A DNA stretch of 34,185 nt, filler included, from an uncultured Methanosarcinales archaeon (GCA_964385185.1; 17 parts of 17 records of this genome joined end to end with filler, not necessarily neighbours in it); one strand, 5' to 3'; positions 16,809-27,911 are shown, counted from the first letter of the whole stretch. A program made the numbers and translations. Notes: generated by a model from the letters alone, not told the origin.

Positions 16809-17561
16809 TTACAGGGTCGCTTGTTTCCACAATATTTCAAAATATTTCCTATATGAATCAGCTGATTCTTTGTTTTTTATCAGAAAACAAACAGGAGTTC
16901 CATGAACATTAATTGTTACTACATAATCTTTGAAAATATCAATCCATGCCGGTGTTTCCAAATTTTGATTCATGTATTTGACTTTGGTAAGTTTCATTAT
17001 CTTTCTTTTCTTTCCAAAGTCCCTACAATCATGATTATAGAGGATTCTCATTTTAATGCCGAGTTTGATTCTTTTCTTATTCCATTCCATCAAGTATGCT
17101 TGGAATTTTTCATTGGCCTCTCTAGGTACACCCAAAATATCTATGGTGTCTCCTCTTTTCAATTCTTTTAATATCCATTCATAAAAAGTTTTAAATCCCT
17201 TAACTCCCTCATAAACTTCTGCCATTGGTTTATACTTCTGTTCTTCATATTGTGCTCTGAGTTGAGGGATTACTTGTTTTAATTGAAGCTCTTTTTTCTT
17301 TAGATCATCCTCTTTCTCTTTTAGATAATCTAATAATCTCTCTGGATCTTTAGCATGATAATACTTTGTCCCTGCTTTAACTGAATATGTTACTAGTCCC
17401 TTGAGGACTAATTTATCTAAAATTAAGTAAGCTTTTCCAGAAGCTATTCCTGCTTTTTTGATTATTGGACCAGTTGTTGATGAACCAATTTCTAACAAAG
17501 CAAAGTATACTGCTATCTCTGATTTAGTTAAACCAATCTCTGTCAATAATTCTTCGTACAT
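16809..17561 (-). CDS. TrmB family transcriptional regulator
   Basis: LTEIGLTKSEIAVYFALLEIGSSTTGPIIKKAGI...LDKLVLKGLV; AEVYEGVKG; SYRKYFEILWKQA. Confidence 0.9.
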   Translation of the reverse strand: MYEELLTEIGLTKSEIAVYFALLEIGSSTTGPIIKKAGIASGKAYLILDKLVLKGLVTYSVKAGTKYYHAKDPERLLDYLKEKEDDLKKKELQLKQVIPQLRAQYEEQKYKPMAEVYEGVKGFKTFYEWILKELKRGDTIDILGVPREANEKFQAYLMEWNKKRIKLGIKMRILYNHDCRDFGKKRKIMKLTKVKYMNQNLETPAWIDIFKDYVVTINVHGTPVCFLIKNKESADSYRKYFEILWKQATL

Positions 17562-17656
17562 ATTACTAAAAATGGGCTATTTCTATTTAAATCTTTCCAT
17601 TAGTGCCCACTCGGAGGGAGGCAGCCTTTATATCTTAATTTAGTTACTACTATTGC

Positions 17657-18532
17657 ATGGTGGATAAAAAGAAAATTATTTTGGTAGATGCATGTTCAAC
17701 ATGGCTTAAGAAGAATGAAGGCCAAACTGATCAAGTAGTTCTACCTCTGGGTCTCATGTATTTAAGTTCTCACCTAAAACAACAATTTGGAGATTCAGTA
17801 GACACTAGTATTTTACATTCAGTTGTAGATATTAAATCTGATGAACAATTAAGGGAAATAATTGAGAGGGAAAAGCCAGACATTGTTGGAATAAGAACTC
17901 AAACAGTATATCGTGATGAATTCCATAATGTTGCAAAAACTGTAAAAGAAACTTCTGATGCCCTTGTTATAGCTGGCGGGCCACATGTTTCTTCTGATTT
18001 AGATGATGTATTAAATGCAGGGGTTGATATCGCAGTTATAGGTGAGGGAGAACATAGTCTTGCTGAAATTGTTGCAGGAAAAAAAAAAGAAGAAATTATA
18101 GGAATTGCTTACAGGGAGGATGGAAGAACAGTTAGAACTATACCCAGAGTTGGAATAGATAACTTAGATGTTCTACCATTTCCGGATTATGATAACATTG
18201 ATATGGACAAATATGAATCAAATTTGAGCTATGGTTTTAATTTTAGAAAACAAGGCGTTGTGACAACCTCCAGAGGCTGCCAATTTACTTGCGACTTTTG
18301 TCATACAACATTAGGCAAAAAAAGTAGGCTACGTTCAGCAGAAAATGTTCTTGATGAAATTCAAGAATTGTCCGATAGGGGAATTAAAGACATTTACTTT
18401 GTTGATGATATATTTAATATCAACAGAAAGCGAGCACTTGAAATTTTTAGAGGAATATCTGAGCGAGATTTGGGTCTTCGTTTATATTTTGTAAACAAAC
18501 AAAGTCTTATCTCTATATTCAAGATTGTATAG
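17657..18532 (+). CDS. B12-binding-domain radical SAM protein (incomplete at the contig end)
   Basis: PLGLMYLSS, KPDIVGI, IAGGPHVS, GEGE, LPFPDY, TSRGCQFTCDFC (CxxxCxxC), YFVDDIFN. Confidence 0.9.
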   Translation: MVDKKKIILVDACSTWLKKNEGQTDQVVLPLGLMYLSSHLKQQFGDSVDTSILHSVVDIKSDEQLREIIEREKPDIVGIRTQTVYRDEFHNVAKTVKETSDALVIAGGPHVSSDLDDVLNAGVDIAVIGEGEHSLAEIVAGKKKEEIIGIAYREDGRTVRTIPRVGIDNLDVLPFPDYDNIDMDKYESNLSYGFNFRKQGVVTTSRGCQFTCDFCHTTLGKKSRLRSAENVLDEIQELSDRGIKDIYFVDDIFNINRKRALEIFRGISERDLGLRLYFVNKQSLISIFKIV

Positions 18533-18645
18533 ATGCTATGTTTANNNNNNNNNNNNNNNNNNNNNNNNNNNNNNNNNNNNNNNNNNNNTTAATTAATTAA
18601 NNNNNNNNNNNNNNNNNNNNNNNNNNNNNNNNNNNNNNNNNNNNT

Positions 18646-20491
18646 AATTTATTCCCCAGTTGGGATGGTGGATTTTGGTCTGCAATTAGTGGGATGGAAG
18701 ATTGGTCAGCCACCAATCGCGGACGAACACCAGAAAAACCTACACAAGTTGTATTTAGTCAAAAAGGTGCTTATGGACAAGGCCCCATTCATAAAAATAT
18801 AGGAAATTTTGAAAGTGATGATGATCCAACTGCAGAAGATTGGTCCACAGCTGGACTATATTGGATTAATACTAATCTTGAGGCTCCAGGAATAGCAGAA
18901 ACGTTATTAAAACCAAATAAATATTATTTTAGGTCAAATTATGGAGCTTTAGATCCAAAATATGCATATATAACTATGTTTGGTAAATGGCATTCACCAT
19001 TAGTAATGGGATGGGCATATTTAGATCCAACAGGTTTTGATAATATTGATGCGAAATATAAAGATGCAGAATTCCATCCAAGATGGTTTGAATTTGAAAG
19101 CACACCACTTGAATCTAAAAAGATTCTATATCCAACAGGATTTGGAGAGGGTAAACGACCAGACCCCGGTACTATTTCTTGGACTATTGCCGGTGATGGG
19201 ACAGCGTGGTCAGTAGGTGATTTTTTAAAAGGTTTAGATAAAGGAGAATATGGAATTTCGTCTGATAAAGGTGTAACTCATAGCGAATTAATAGATGTAA
19301 CAAATCAACTTCCATTAGGATATACTTCTTTAACTGCATTATATGGATCACCCCGCCAAACCGGTGAAGGAGAATCAAGTCATCCAATTTGGATGATGCC
19401 AGATGGATCTTATAAACCGGCCCCCACTCATAGTCCAGATTATCTAACACTAAAATATAGTGAAATTGGGAACAAAGATAGATTCGGGAGTAATTGGTCA
19501 AAATATTTTGGGTCTGATTATTCCGGATTTCCATCTGGAATATTAAGATATTCTTGGAGATTTTTTGATCCTGGTAATGAAAAAGGAAAACTTTATTGGG
19601 GAAATAGTGAAGGTACAAAGGCAGTAGAGACTAACGTTCCTGAAGGCATAAATTTAAATGTTTTTACTCTTGGGAAGGGTTCTCATGGTAATTTAAATCC
19701 CAGGCAGGCTTTATTTTGGGAAGAACGTAAAGCAGAAGCCTCTGAAATAACTGAGACACCAGATCCACTCCTGCCAGGAATATTACCAGGAACTACTACA
19801 ATAACACCAGTCACAGTAATTTCATTATTAAAAAATGGAAAATGGTCAATTGGACATGGAACAGCACCACGAAGTTCTGAAGATATAAATTTTCTTGTAT
19901 TACCATATCAGAATCTTGATATTAAAACTTCTTATGGTAAAGAGCTTGGTAGGAATCCTTGGCCAATTGATGATGATAGAATATATTTTTCTTCACTTAT
20001 AAAACATTCTTGGAGATTTTTTGATAAATCACATAAAGATAAAAAAGATCCATATTGGGATGATTTTAAAGCTGTGGAAGTTGAAACAGAGCAAGTGCAA
20101 GCTGAGTTTGAAGAGACTGTTGATTCTCTAATAGATAATGGGAAAGTTTTTACAATTAGTAAGAGGGCAGCTAAGGGTCTTGGTTCTTCCGGAAACCAAT
20201 CAGAAAATTTACTTAAACGTTATTCTACTTTATCTTATGGTGCAATTCCAGATTCACCTACATTTGCAAGACCTGAAGATATTAAGGATGATGCACTACA
20301 CGGAAAATATAATTATGAAAAAACATTAAGAAGTGCAGGTGAATTGAATTTAAATGCAGACGATAAAGATGCAAGACCAAAGTGGTTAAAAGCGTTATCA
20401 GCAGCAGATGGTAGTGGTGTTAGAGATAAAACCAAAAAAATTGTAGATGATATAGGACAACCTGGACAAGCGGGTGTACCAATAGTTAAAG
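18646..20491 (+). CDS. Probable phage virion or tail-associated protein (partial at both ends)
   Basis: Frame open across the whole contig; Gly/Pro/Trp/Tyr-rich with an internal SWRFFD repeat. Codon style is like the tape-measure contigs; the phage call is inference. Confidence 0.45.
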
Positions 20492-20666
20492 NNNNNNNNN
20501 NNNNNNNNNNNNNNNNNNNNNNNNNNNNNNNNNNNTTAATTAATTAANNNNNNNNNNNNNNNNNNNNNNNNNNNNNNNNNNNNNNNNNNNNAACATTAAT
20601 TATAAAATAACGCAATCAAACCCCTCCTCCCAAAATATTTATAAACCACACCCACTTTAACATAAC

Positions 20667-20876
20667 ATGAAAGAAAAAAGAAAAGAAAAAAAATCTGCTT
20701 GCAGATGTAACGTAAACACATGCACTGGAGGAGGATATTGTCTCGGATTCATTGGAGCAGCAGTTTACAACATATCAACCGCAACAACTTTCGGAATGGG
20801 ATTCTGGGGATTCCTAAAAGCAATCGTCTGGCCTGCATTTTTAGTTTTCGAACTCATGAAATTCTTAGGAATGTAA
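20667..20876 (+). CDS. Small two-TM conserved hypothetical protein
   Basis: GGGYCLGFIGAAVY...GFLKAIVWPAFLVFELMKFLG; TTTATAAA about 25 nt upstream. Confidence 0.75.
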   Translation: MKEKRKEKKSACRCNVNTCTGGGYCLGFIGAAVYNISTATTFGMGFWGFLKAIVWPAFLVFELMKFLGM

Positions 20877-20996
20877 GACAACAAGATAATTCTTTTAGTA
20901 TACAGACATAGTTTTCAACTCGTTTTAAATAAGATAACTCAAATACTTTTATAAACTATAATTAATTAATCCCACTATTAACTAAAGAGGTTTAAA

Positions 20997-21374
20997 ATGG
21001 TATTAGAGATTTCAATATTTTTTGCAAGACTTTGGGGTGGTTTCTTTGTGATCTTTGGATCGCTGTTTATTATATCGAGACAATTAGGTAAGACCATCGA
21101 AATGACTGATGATAAAGCCTTTGTCATTTCTACTGGTTATATCACACTACTTATGGGCTTAGTTACTGTAATTTTACATAATCTCTGGGTTGCTGACTGG
21201 AGAATCATCATCACTATTTTAGGTTGGTCTACTTTAATCAAAGGAATTTCTAAAGTTGGATTCCCAGAAACTATTCATAAACAAGCACAAAGATTCAAAA
21301 AGAAACAATGGCTTAGTTCTGCAATCATAATTCTCTTAGGCGTATTTCTACTTTGGATGAGTTTTAGCTCGTAA
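20997..21374 (+). CDS. Four-TM hypothetical membrane protein
   Basis: VILHNLWVADWRIIITILGW...IKG pattern; GAGG upstream of the ATG. Confidence 0.75.
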   Translation: MVLEISIFFARLWGGFFVIFGSLFIISRQLGKTIEMTDDKAFVISTGYITLLMGLVTVILHNLWVADWRIIITILGWSTLIKGISKVGFPETIHKQAQRFKKKQWLSSAIIILLGVFLLWMSFSS

Positions 21375-21511
21375 ATATTTATCTCCAAGATATAGACTAA
21401 ATGTATTCTAGAATTAAAGTAATAATGCCCCGTCCGGACAGTTAGAATAAGTTGTGTGCTCTTGTTTAGTATAATAAAACAATTAAACCTAGATATTATA
21501 TAAATATATCT

Positions 21512-21823
21512 ATGAAAAATAAATCTGATAGCGTTTTAGAGAATGAGATTGAATATCTGAAGGTAATTATTTCTGGGATTAAATATAATAATGAAGAAAG
21601 ATTTGTGATAGCTGTATTGTTTGATAGTGGGGCAAGAGCAGAAGAATTTCATAATATTAGAAGGGAAGATATTCAGCTTCCAAGTGGGTCTGATAATTAT
21701 GTTCAAATTACTCTCAAGGAAGAATATTCTAAAACAAACGGAAGAACTATTAGTTTATATTCATTCTATTTGTTTATTGAGAGTATCGGGATCCTCTTCA
21801 TGTATCCGTTTTTCCATCTCTAG
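21512..21823 (+). pseudogene. Tyrosine recombinase/integrase fragment
   Basis: Box I AVLFDSGARAEEFHNIR and catalytic Lys region SKTNGRTISL. No HxxR or Tyr box; similarity stops near 21760. Confidence 0.8.
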
Positions 21824-22384
21824 TACTGATTCCAATGCTTTATCCTCCCAAGATTGATCGGGATCATCGCAAGCAGTAAACCTACTCTCAACGTGACAGG
21901 TAATTTCCGCAAGTGCGTATGCCCTTACTCCGACCGCTCCCCCAGCTTCATTTCTCTCAATAACAACCTTTTGGATTGTACATCTCGGTTCTGGAGGAGT
22001 AACGATTTCCTGTTTGCATTGTCCTTGTAAAAGGCAAAGTTTATCTGGATTTGCAACATTACACTCGTCCAAACACTTCTCACAACCCTCCGATTGTTTC
22101 TGCAAAAATTCGTGTAATGATGTTTGTCTACTACATAAAGAGGTAACCCTTCTACAAACATTTGCTTTCGCCAGTTCAATGGAATCTTCAAGAGACAAAA
22201 GCTGGTTCATAATGTTATGTTGAAAGCCTACGTAAGATGTCAAATTCTCACTCAGTTTAAATATTTCATTGCAAGAATAATCGACACACGACGTATCAAC
22301 TTCTACTTCTACCTCTTTCCCATCAAATATACCCATCTGAGCCAATCCTTCTTCATCAGAACCCTCTCCAGCAAAATTAAACGC
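21761..22384 (-). CDS. Cys-rich hypothetical protein (5'-partial)
   Basis: Frame is open from the contig edge; many Cys including CEKCLDEC; no family recognised. Confidence 0.55.
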   Translation of the reverse strand, partial: AFNFAGEGSDEEGLAQMGIFDGKEVEVEVDTSCVDYSCNEIFKLSENLTSYVGFQHNIMNQLLSLEDSIELAKANVCRRVTSLCSRQTSLHEFLQKQSEGCEKCLDECNVANPDKLCLLQGQCKQEIVTPPEPRCTIQKVVIERNEAGGAVGVRAYALAEITCHVESRFTACDDPDQSWEDKALESVLEMEKRIHEEDPDTLNKQIE

Positions 22385-22485
22385 ANNNNNNNNNNNNNNN
22401 NNNNNNNNNNNNNNNNNNNNNNNNNNNNNTTAATTAATTAANNNNNNNNNNNNNNNNNNNNNNNNNNNNNNNNNNNNNNNNNNNN

Positions 22486-22584
22486 TTCTATTGGTGCAAC
22501 ATGATTTGGATTATAGTCATTTGCTTTTAATTCACTTGCTTTTAACCACTCAACTTTGTTGATTGGCATTTGCTCTTTGGACAT
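22486..22584 (-). CDS. ParB/Srx-fold protein, YbdM/IbrB-like (3'-partial), not in the ORF track
   Basis: MSKEQMPINKVEWLKASELKANDYNPNHVAPIE, with the ANDYNPN motif; AGGAG upstream; overlaps the 3' end of the upstream gene. Confidence 0.8.
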
Positions 22585-23857
22585 CTGCTAACTCCTTTGC
22601 ATATAATTGTTTTCTAGACTCCCATTCCTCAACATAAGTATTAGAAAAGTATGCCGCTTGTTTTCTATCCTTTAAATCTCCCCTTACTGCTATTTTTAAT
22701 AAATATTCCCAACATATGCCAGTAATCGGATGAGGTGTTTTTCGTACTATGGGGTCAGGTGTTTTTTTATTGTGTTGAGAAATTAAATCATTAATCCTGT
22801 TTTGAATATGAAGTTGTTCTTTGGGAGGAAACTTTCTAATCCAATAAGAAAGATAATCTATCCATTCCATTCCATCAGGTTTATCAGGATTCTTTCTGTT
22901 GGAATATAAAACAGTTAATGCGTGTCTTGCCGCTGTATTCGCACCCATAACTCTTGTACTCATTTTATCCCAAATGTCAGGAAAGCACTCATGATACATC
23001 CATAACCCCTCTAGAGGTTCTTCCCCATAAGGAGGCGCACACCTTTGAGCAGAGTGAGTGATTCCACATTTTTCCATAATATCATAAGAAATATTATAAT
23101 CCCACCCTAGTTCATTTGGTGCTGTCCAAATATCTTGCGTACTCCAATCATAGACAGGATACACTTTCCAATAATTTCCAGCATTGTTTGATATATTCTT
23201 TTGCCTTTTAGAACGTACTGGAAATTTAGTTAAATCAACTTTGTTCCTGATGGCTTCTTCAACTGGCATTGTTTCTTTGGGTTGAATAATATAATTTTCG
23301 TGAACCCTTTGTGATACGGCACGATACCTTGTTAAACTTTCATCTGCCCTTATACCCATCACGACTCCAGTTCTTCCATACTTCTCAACTGGAAACAACA
23401 TTGGAAACAGAAAAGGTATAGTCAGTCTAGCGCTAGGCACATCACTATTATAATAATCAACTTTTGTAATTCCTTCAGGAGGTAATGGTCTTACCCATTT
23501 GTCTTTTTCTTCAGGCGACCAAGTGTACCAATAAGGTTGTTTTCTGCTACAAGCGTTTCTATGAACAACTGGAATACAATACCATCTAAAATTAATATCA
23601 GGATGTTTACTTACTCTCCGACAATAATGTTCTGTTTCATAAGGTATTGCTTCCTCATCTACAAACACAACATCAAGAGGGAGTCGGTTTCTTTCTTTGG
23701 CAACTTCTAATGTAAGATTTAAACAAGCTGTTGAATCCTTACCACCACTAAAAGAAACCGATATGGTATCAAATTGGTCAAACGCATTGTTCAACCTTTC
23801 GTAAGCTAAATCTAAAACTGTTTTATCTAGATTTTCTTTTTTTAATATTCTTCCCAT
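22550..23857 (-). CDS. PAPS-reductase-family PP-loop protein, YbdN/IbrA-like (DUF3440)
   Basis: VSFSGGKDS, FVDEE, GIRADESLTR, YPVYDWSTQDIW, QRCAPPYG, WDKMSTRVMGAN. Confidence 0.88.
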   Translation of the reverse strand: MGRILKKENLDKTVLDLAYERLNNAFDQFDTISVSFSGGKDSTACLNLTLEVAKERNRLPLDVVFVDEEAIPYETEHYCRRVSKHPDINFRWYCIPVVHRNACSRKQPYWYTWSPEEKDKWVRPLPPEGITKVDYYNSDVPSARLTIPFLFPMLFPVEKYGRTGVVMGIRADESLTRYRAVSQRVHENYIIQPKETMPVEEAIRNKVDLTKFPVRSKRQKNISNNAGNYWKVYPVYDWSTQDIWTAPNELGWDYNISYDIMEKCGITHSAQRCAPPYGEEPLEGLWMYHECFPDIWDKMSTRVMGANTAARHALTVLYSNRKNPDKPDGMEWIDYLSYWIRKFPPKEQLHIQNRINDLISQHNKKTPDPIVRKTPHPITGICWEYLLKIAVRGDLKDRKQAAYFSNTYVEEWESRKQLYAKELADVQRANANQQS

Positions 23858-24188
23858 ATACAGTCCATATCCAAGCTATTGTTCCTGATGATAGAACTGT
23901 AAAAATTGCTCCAACAACCTTGTAATGTAATCCTCCTCCAAAATTACCATAAGCCATAAGAGGTGCGCCAATAAATAACGCAATACAGATACCATAGAAC
24001 ATTCCTTGTTCAGATAACTTGCCTTTTATAATTGTTAAAACAGTTGGTATAAGAGTAGATGCTCTCAATGTTCCGTAAAACAAAAATAAATATAATATTT
24101 TCATATCAGGAATATTAGCAATAACCAAACCAGCCACTCCTAACAACACCATACCTACTTTTGCATATTTCATTGAATCCACTTTATT
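23823..24188 (-). CDS. C-terminus of a membrane transporter, probably sodium:solute symporter family (5'-partial)
   Basis: Four TM segments ending in a basic tail; LFLFYGTLRASTLIPTVLT...GMFYGICIALFIG. Confidence 0.55.
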   Translation of the reverse strand, partial: NKVDSMKYAKVGMVLLGVAGLVIANIPDMKILYLFLFYGTLRASTLIPTVLTIIKGKLSEQGMFYGICIALFIGAPLMAYGNFGGGLHYKVVGAIFTVLSSGTIAWIWTVYGKNIKKRKSR

Positions 24189-24289
24189 TNNNNNNNNNNN
24201 NNNNNNNNNNNNNNNNNNNNNNNNNNNNNNNNNTTAATTAATTAANNNNNNNNNNNNNNNNNNNNNNNNNNNNNNNNNNNNNNNNNNNN

Positions 24290-25989
24290 ATTTTACCTAA
24301 GGCTTCTTGAACTCTTTCATAAACAGGATTATCTACCCAATCATCTCCTTCTCTAAATTGAGATTGTCTAAATGTAGTTGGGTTTTCTCTAACAGTATTT
24401 ATCACATCCATTAGTCCAGGTATTTCTAACTGTTCTACAGCTGATAATTGTTCATTTGTTAATGATGCAATATATTGTGCACCAAGAGTGTTTTCTGAAC
24501 TTGAGTGTGTTGATAAAAATGGTTGCTCTCCTGAATATCCTGGTTCTCTCCAGAAATTTAATAGGTTATAGACAACTGAGTTTGAGTCTTTAAACCAAAG
24601 AGCTTTATGACCAAGCCTAACTGATTCATCTGTATGTTCAGGTGTTACTAATAATCTATCAAAAACTTCTCCTCTAATCAAATCATTAAATGAGTCCAAT
24701 GCTTCAATACCATAAACTTCTCTGACACTTGCATTATTTCTGAAAACATCCCATTTTTCCATATTCAATTCTTTAAGAAAATCAGATTTCTCAGATGATT
24801 TCAATGAGCTTTCAATATGACTTGCTGCTCTTTCAAGATTCCATCTTTGACCAGTAATTGAATATGGCAAATCTTCATCAGATATAGCACTCAATACGTG
24901 TTCTTTAGCTGCTGAAAGTGATGTCAATAAGTCTCTTCGTTGAATATCAATAGGTACTTGAGTCAGATAATCTGCAAATTCTGTAAATTCATCATTTGTA
25001 GTTTTACTACCTCGAATCATACCTCTTTCAACAATATTCTTTAATTTGTAAGGCAATGCGTCAAGCCTATCATTAAGAGATTTAGCTCTCTCTTTTACTT
25101 CATCAGAATCGTTCCAATCAGAATAGTGCCTTTGATTTAGACCAGCTCTTAAAAGAGATAATGCTTCATCAACAAGAGTTGGATCACTTAAAACTGCAAC
25201 TTTCTCTCTTCCATAATGATCATCTCGTTTTTGATTTGCTTCTAATTCTGCATCAATTCTTGACATAAAATATTTAGAGACATAATCATCAGTTAATGAT
25301 TCAAGGATTGCAGGGGCAACTGCTTTTTGTTCATCATCGGTTCTAACTAATTGGCTTGCTAGTTGATCATATTGATCAAATAACTGACTAGCAAATCTGC
25401 CAAATAAGTTCCCTTGTGAATCTTCAAAACGTCTAGTTTCTGAATATCCAAGTTCTCCAATTCTAACTCCATCATATTGAGTATGAGAAAGATCATATAG
25501 TGAACTAATTCTGGAACTCAAATCTTTGATTTGACCTTTAAACCGAAGACCTCCAAGAAATCTTTGTCTTAGATCTGAGCTTTGAGATGATAAAGTATCA
25601 ATTTGTGTAGAAACATCTTCATAACTTTCAAAACCTGACTCTGATAATAGTTTTTGTTTATAATTATCATTTAACTGCTTTGCAGTTTCTCCATTTGCAT
25701 CAATACTTGATCTTGCTTTTTTGACATCAGTAATAATTTGTGCAGCAGATTGAATATTGCTTGTAGAAGTTAAATCAGAAGGTTCTTCAGCTAGTTTTTC
25801 TAACTGAGCGATTCTATCATTTATGTATGTAATACTTTGCTCTGAATCTTCACTCAGTGCTTCTAACTCTAGCTTAATCTGTTCAGCTGTTTTCTTACCA
25901 ATATCTAATGAAACTGGAACAGCAGGGTGGCTCACACTAAACATATTTCCAAGATTATTTGCAATTTCCTCTAAAGTATGCAAATTACT
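24290..25989 (-). CDS. Large helical hypothetical protein (partial at both ends)
   Basis: Single open frame across the contig with coiled-coil-like N-terminal part; no motif recognised. Confidence 0.65.
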
Positions 25990-26089
25990 NNNNNNNNNNN
26001 NNNNNNNNNNNNNNNNNNNNNNNNNNNNNNNNNTTAATTAATTAANNNNNNNNNNNNNNNNNNNNNNNNNNNNNNNNNNNNNNNNNNNN

Positions 26090-26828
26090 CATCAGGACAA
26101 GCTAATCCTCCTGCATAATCCTGGTAGTCACAATTCACAGTTCCACCACAACCATCATCAACTCGACCACATTCATAAATTCCACCAACAAATTCTTGTC
26201 TTAGACATTCTTCCTGAGTTTTAGCAACACATATATCAAATTCAGGTTCATCTGGAAGTTCAAAAGAACTATCAGCAGTAACAAACTCTTCAATCATCCA
26301 TTGATTACCATGGCAGTCCCATCTTCCACTTTTTGAACAAGCATAAGCAACTACATAATACTCTCCATAAGGAAAACTATCAACATCCACATCAAATTCA
26401 TAATCTACTTCATCAGTTTCAGGAGCAGTGTTCCATAACCAGTTAGAAGTTCCAATTTGATCTCCATCAAATGTAAACCGAATCCACTCTCCATCTTCAT
26501 CAGTCAAATATCCATATTTATATACAACTCTTTTCTCAAACCCTGTTTCGTCATCAATCTCGACTGGAGGCAAATCCCTTTCTCTTTCATCAACAAATAA
26601 TTCAACTTGCTCCGAATGCTCCTCACCTAACAAAACTATATTATCATTTTCAATAAAGAATGATGTTGGACTAGCGTAATCTTCATAAACAGTCTCTACA
26701 GCCTGCCCCACTAAACTATCAGTAGGAGTTGTTCCTGGAGCACCAGGTTCTGCAGGTAAATCTTGCTGCTCGCAAGCAGTTAATAATAGAACTAACATTA
26801 ATACACAAACTAATAATATTCTCTTCAT
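26090..26828 (-). CDS. Acidic surface lipoprotein-like protein with Cys-rich repeat (3'-partial)
   Basis: MKRILLVCVLMLVLLLTA|C lipobox; YACSKSGRWDCHGNQW; CGRVDDGCGGTVNC. Confidence 0.7.
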
Positions 26829-26839
26829 TATATACACCT

Positions 26840-27196
26840 CTATTTTTTATGAATCTTTTTATGGACATAATTCAAATAATGAGTTATCTCCTCAATTACT
26901 TTATTGTGATGCTTCTTTTTGAAACTAAGATGAATTATAAAAATAAATAAAAGTAGGTTAAAAACAATTAGAATAAAAAAACCTAAATAAAAAATATTAA
27001 CGCTCTGTTCTAAATCTGTAATCTTACTTTGCAAAATCATTATGTTATCATCAATAGAATTATCAGAAGAAATTACTTCCTCAACACTATCTGAACTATC
27101 TCCCAAACTTGGAGTTGGTGGTGGGGCTGGAGGAGGAGCAATAACCAAACTTGCTAATAATACTAATAAAACTATTCCTATCACCGATCTTTTCAT
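26840..27196 (-). CDS. Small secreted, membrane-anchored protein with poly-Pro linker
   Basis: MKRSVIGIVLLVLLASLVIA signal, APPPAPPPTP, and a C-terminal TM. Confidence 0.65.
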   Translation of the reverse strand: MKRSVIGIVLLVLLASLVIAPPPAPPPTPSLGDSSDSVEEVISSDNSIDDNIMILQSKITDLEQSVNIFYLGFFILIVFNLLLFIFIIHLSFKKKHHNKVIEEITHYLNYVHKKIHKK

Positions 27197-27274
27197 AATT
27201 AAATGAATTATTTGATCATTTAAATATCTTTCCCCAGTCAAAACTTTAATATACTAACTTAATTTACTCCTAAC

Positions 27275-27668
27275 ATGTTTTTCCCAATTATTGTAACTGT
27301 AACAATCATTACTTTACTAATCGGTTCATACACAGATATTAAAACAAGAGAAGTACCTGATTGGTTGTCTTATGCTTTAATCTTCTCAGCATTAGGAATA
27401 AGATCCATTTTCTCAGTGTCATTAGGGTGGGATATTCTATTAAGCGGGATTTTAGGGTTTGCTGTCTGTTTCCTTTTCGCCTATCTCTTTTACTATACTA
27501 ATCAATGGGGAGGTGGTGATGCTAAATTGCTCATGGGTATGGGAGCAATGATTGGAATTATCTACCCTTTCACTCCGGAAAGTTTTAATCTCTTAATTTT
27601 TTTTCTAGCTTTGTTATTCCTAGGAGCAATTTACGGATTGATTTGGATGATTGTTTTAGCTATTAAAA
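27275..27668 (+). CDS. A24 prepilin/class III signal peptidase (3'-partial)
   Basis: Both catalytic Asp motifs: SYTDIKTREVPD and WGGGDAKLL. Confidence 0.9.
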
Positions 27669-27911
27669 NNNNNNNNNNNNNNNNNNNNNNNNNNNNNNNN
27701 NNNNNNNNNNNNTTAATTAATTAANNNNNNNNNNNNNNNNNNNNNNNNNNNNNNNNNNNNNNNNNNNNGACATAATATCGTCGTAGATTTCTCGTACCTG
27801 TTTATTAGCTTCTGAATACTCAATAAGTCTTGTTGTAGGCAATTTAAACTCCAATCTACTTTAATGAATTTAATTGTTAGTCTTGGTTGGATATGATACA
27901 ACTCTTGGGAC

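Noticed and set aside
21426..21438. TGCCCCGTCCGGA upstream of the integrase remnant as a tRNA 3'-end att site
   Set aside because: Only about 12 nt, with no T-loop and no second copy in the window; unsupported.
21512..21823. This integrase as the IntI serving the contig 1 cassette
   Set aside because: It is on a different contig, is truncated before the region that would identify IntI, and has no linkage evidence.
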